From NCBI GenBank assembly GCA_963842525.1, contig CAWJGT010000022.1, positions 39,156 to 103,155 on the forward strand: a stretch of 64,000 bases of DNA, written 5' to 3'. Numbering within the stretch: position 1 is the first letter of the stretch; each line of letters opens with the position of its first letter. The notes beneath the pieces are model-generated. The model was given only the letters and a program-made list of their open reading frames with translations. It did not search any database and had not been told where the DNA came from. A program made the position numbers and the translations under genes. Source of the DNA: an uncultured Holophagales bacterium (GTDB lineage: Bacteria; Acidobacteriota; Thermoanaerobaculia; Multivoradales; UBA5704). Of the stretch, positions 60,265 through 64,000 are shown one piece after another.

Positions 60265-62095
60265 TTAGGTCCGGAAGACAGCGAAGTTATCGAAGCGGTA
60301 TCGCCCACGGCTGACCGCCACAATCCCCACCTGATCCCCCCAGAGAGGGTTAGGCTCCTCGATCGTCTTGACGCGCTGCTCGTTGATGTACAGATGGATC
60401 GAATGCCCGGCTCCGAGTATAGCCAGCCGGTTGAGTTCCCCGGTGCGGATCGCCGTAGAGAGTTCGCTATAGACTAGGCCGAAGCCTTGGGCATCGAAGC
60501 GATAGAAGGCGAAGCTCTGCCCGGGTTTCAGCAGAAACGCGTAGTAGCATCCAGTTCGCGAGTCGCAGCGATAGAGGAGCCCCGCTCCCGCTAAGTCCGG
60601 TTCCCGGGCCACGCTTTCGATTGCGACCTCGACAGAAACAGGCGCCTCAGAGAGATTGAGCATGTTATCGCTCAGACAAAAGTACTTGATGTCTTCGCGC
60701 TTGCCATCGTTAATCAATACATAGCCGCCTTCGACAAATACACCTGTCCATGCGCCCCGCCGGCCGGTGAGAAGTGAGTTGCTTGGCGTGGTTTCGCGCG
60801 CCGCCTTAAGCCGTGTAGGAGGAGTGAAGTCAACGATAAACAGGGGCTGCATATCCGCCCAGACCACTCAGACAAAATCTTCATTCACTCCGTCGGCATG
60901 GCCCCGCGCTTCGGCGTTTTGCGCGCTTGGTGCAAAGAGCCGCCCGTCAGGGACGTTCAGGAAGAGAGCTGGCGTCGCCCATTCAAAGGAGTAGGGAGCC
61001 GCGCGATAGATCGCAAGGCGGCCCTCGGACGCCGCCCTATCAACCGGATCGCCGGCCGGCTAGAGCTGAGTAGAACGCTCCACTGAAGCAGATTGCGGCC
61101 TCGTCGGAAATCGGAAACTGCATGGCGAGCACGGAAGGAACACCCCGCATAACCAGAGCGTTGGCGACGCCTGTATAGGGTCTTGGCCCGATCGGCGGGA
61201 GAATGCTGCGCTCTGGCAGGCATTGAGGACAACGAGGCGCAGGGACCGAATACCGCGTAGGGTCTCTCCCAAGACTTCCCCTGCAACTGGAGCACTCCAT
61301 CCGGTCTCGTCTTCGAAAAGCAGCACCCCTTTGTCCGCGTCAAAGTCTCCATGCCCCATGAAGTGCAGCACCTCATATGCACCGTCCCGCAGCTTCTGAT
61401 AGACATTTTCAATGCCGGCGTGCTCTATGAAATCGACAGTGACTCCAGAGGTTCGAGCCCAGGCCGCCTCGATCCGTCGTCTCTCGGCTGGCAGATCGAG
61501 GGCCTGGGCATCGGTGGGGCTCGCCATCGCAACTAGAATACGCAAAGGTCCCATGATCGGAAGCGCACGGCTGGGTTGCTGGACATTGAGGAAGCGGCAT
61601 ACCGGCGTCCGCACATCCCGTGCAAGAAAATGGCGAGTCTGAGGGCGATAGAGCAGCTCCCAGGGAAGAGCGCAGAGAGGGGCGATCTCGGGCCGTGAGG
61701 GATCGAGGACCAGTCTTATGCGAAGGCCAGCCTCCGGCTGGGCCTCGACCAAACCAAGGCTCGACAAGTATCTCTCGCGTACCGTGCCGTGAAGAGAGCT
61801 TCGAATAGGACTTCTCCCACGGTCAGGGCTATCGGATTAGGAGCACCCTCTGGACTAAGGGGAGTTTCCGCCTCTACAAGCGTTAGATGCCTAGCCTGCG
61901 CGCTGGCTGTCGAGCCGCACCGACACACCGAGTTCTCCAATTCCGTAAGTAGCTCCTGCATCTCGTCGCCGGCAAGCGGCAAGTTGAAGCGAGCCTCGCC
62001 CCCTCCATAAGGCGAGCGCAGCAACCGCACCCGAAAGTCACTCCCGTCGGCCTCTAAGGTGAGGGCGAAGTCTCATAGTGGGTGCTACTATGGCC
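60265..62095 (-). pseudogene. CHAT (caspase-like) domain protein with C-terminal beta-sandwich, multiply frameshifted
   Basis: LPWELL, VLHFMGHG, LVVLNAC, VLAMQFPISD spread across several frames. Confidence 0.8.
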
Positions 62096-62248
62096 AACTC
62101 TCTGCCCGCGCTCCGGTGTCGTCATCTTTGTCATCCCCAAGCAAGTCAACGAGTCTACCACATCCTCACGTCCACTGAGACTATGGACACCCATCGAGAT
62201 CTCGCTTAGAGTAGACATCTGCACCAGGATACATGGGGAGGAACCCTT

Positions 62249-63366
62249 ATGGGAGGATCTGATCTTCTCGCGCATCGAAGGCCCGATGAGACGCAGCCTA
62301 TCTCGGGGAATGTGGTCACGCCTATGGTAAATGGAGAGGCAGCGTACCCACAGATGCTTGCTGCCACGAGAACGCGCGCTGCTCAATATCACTCGCGACA
62401 TACTATTTTGCCAACGACAAAGTCGGAGACCTCTTTTGCGGTACACTTGCAGCAGCCGTCGCGAGGGGAGTTAAAGTTCGAGTGCTGATCGACGGCCGGC
62501 TCTCTTTTCGCAGGATGTTCCTCAGGCTCAGGAAGTGCGGATTACGGTCCGCCATCTCTTGCTACCCCGTAGGACTCGCAATTTGTCTCCCGATATCGTA
62601 GGAGGATTCTCATAGTAGATGGCCGTTTTGGCTTTAGTGGGGGCATGACCATCAGGGCCGCTCAGATGGTTAAGAGTGGAGATCCGAAGGTTAATCAGGA
62701 TGTGCACTTCAGAATCGAGGGTCCAATTCGACCTCATTCTTTCAAAGTTTGTTCACAAGGGATTGGCATGATGTCTCAAGTGAGCTTCTTGAGGGAGAGG
62801 AGTGGTACCCACTCTTGGAGCGTCATGGTGACGCAACTGTGAGGCCTCTAGTTACCGGCCGCGGGTATCCGAGGGCCCTGCTTGAGACCTTTCTTTGCCG
62901 CGCGATTTCGTCCGCCAAGCAGCGAATAGATGTCGTGACTCCGTACTTCTTGCCCACAGATGCCTTGAGGAGCGCCTTGGTCGATGCCGTCAGAAGGAGA
63001 GTCATGGTGCGTCTTCTAATACCGCAATACAATTTTGCTGTAGTCGAGTGGGCATCGAATAGGCATTTAGAACTACTTCTCAAGGAGGGGTGTATAATTT
63101 TGGCCACCCCCCCGCCTTTTGACCATTCGAAGCTGATGACGATCGATGAAGATTGGTCTCTAATAGGATCAGCAAATTGGTACTCCTGGGAGCCTATTTG
63201 TAAACTCAGAAGTCAACTTCGAGGTGCATGACAACCGGCTCAGACAGCATCTGGGAAGGATAGTTGAAGAGAAGGCGGCTAAGGCGTTACCTGTAACACT
63301 TTCTAACGTTTCTACCGTTTCGAGAACAAAAAAGCTGCTTTGTTGGTTAATAGAAGCTTGGCTATG
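62249..63366 (+). pseudogene. Cardiolipin synthase/phospholipase D family, fragmented
   Basis: NGEAAYPQML, RGVKVRVLIDG, TPYFLP, HSKLMTID..GSANW in broken frames. Confidence 0.8.
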
Positions 63367-63389
63367 ATATATCAATCACGTTTAGATTT

Positions 63390-64000
63390 TCAATCACAGT
63401 CAAAACCTTTTCTGAGGAAGATTAATTTCCCGAACTGGTTTGTGTGGAGGTAGCGACAAACAATCCTAGCGACGTACTCAGGCGAGAGCATCGTCTCCGT
63501 TCTTGCCGAAGGATTTATTGTCTTTTGAAGACGCGTGTTTACCTTGCCAGGTGCGACGATGTTCACGACAAATTCCCTTAGATGCCAAGCGTGCTGCGTC
63601 AGATTCAACAAGTGCGTTAAGGGCCGCCTTAGAGGCAGAATAGATCGGTATCCCCTGGCGTCCCCATGCGGACGCTGTGGAGGAAATCAATACAATGTTG
63701 CCTTCCCACCTTCTTGATTCCGCTTGAGATAGAATATTAAAGCAGCTAAAGAAATTAACTCTCATAATATCTTCAGGTGACGCGTTATACTCGCCTGCTG
63801 TGTGGATCACAGCATTGCACGTGGTTAGCTCCGAAAAGCCCTGTTCGCGGTCGAGGTCGAGTTGCTGGTGGGTGGGCGCATTATAGGTTGCCCCGAGCTT
63901 TTCAAGCGCATCCATGCGTGACATTGCCGATGCCACCACTCCCGCCCAATACAAGGACATGGAGGCCATGGAGATCGGGAGGGTCTTCGGCGATTTCTTT
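63390..64000 (-). CDS. SDR family oxidoreductase, partial and frameshifted
   Basis: VIHTAG, LISST, YSASKAAL, VNIVAPGKVNT. Confidence 0.75.

Overview
High-GC diderm bacterial chromosome segment; gene style suggests Acidobacteriota/Thermoanaerobaculia-like (inference). Core genes (polyprenyl synthase, yajQ, lolA, purH, tusA, tRNA-Phe, alpha-2-macroglobulin, pbpC, an NtrBC-like pair, M14 peptidase) are interleaved with accessory and defence material: an AlbA_2/ATPase regulator, a toxin-partner pair, SIR2-like-TIR plus nSTAND1-TM-WD40, a nitrilase-like orphan, MazEF, AbiE, a CHAT protein and a CRISPR array (8 repeats) with no cas genes in the window. A lower-GC, degraded block runs from ~60.1 kb to the end. 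Several genes carry single frameshifts, probably long-read indel errors. Best leads: (1) a MEDS sensor with an in-frame UGA at a normally-Cys position, followed by a SECIS-like hairpin (candidate selenoprotein coupled to a hybrid kinase); (2) a ~245-nt highly pairable non-coding RNA candidate just upstream of the CRISPR leader; (3) a palindromic MITE/REP family, with one copy inserted in frame in pbpC; (4) ~21-bp-period quasi-palindromic arrays lying upstream of toxin-antitoxin genes; (5) a sigma54-driven sortase/LPXTA operon in a diderm.
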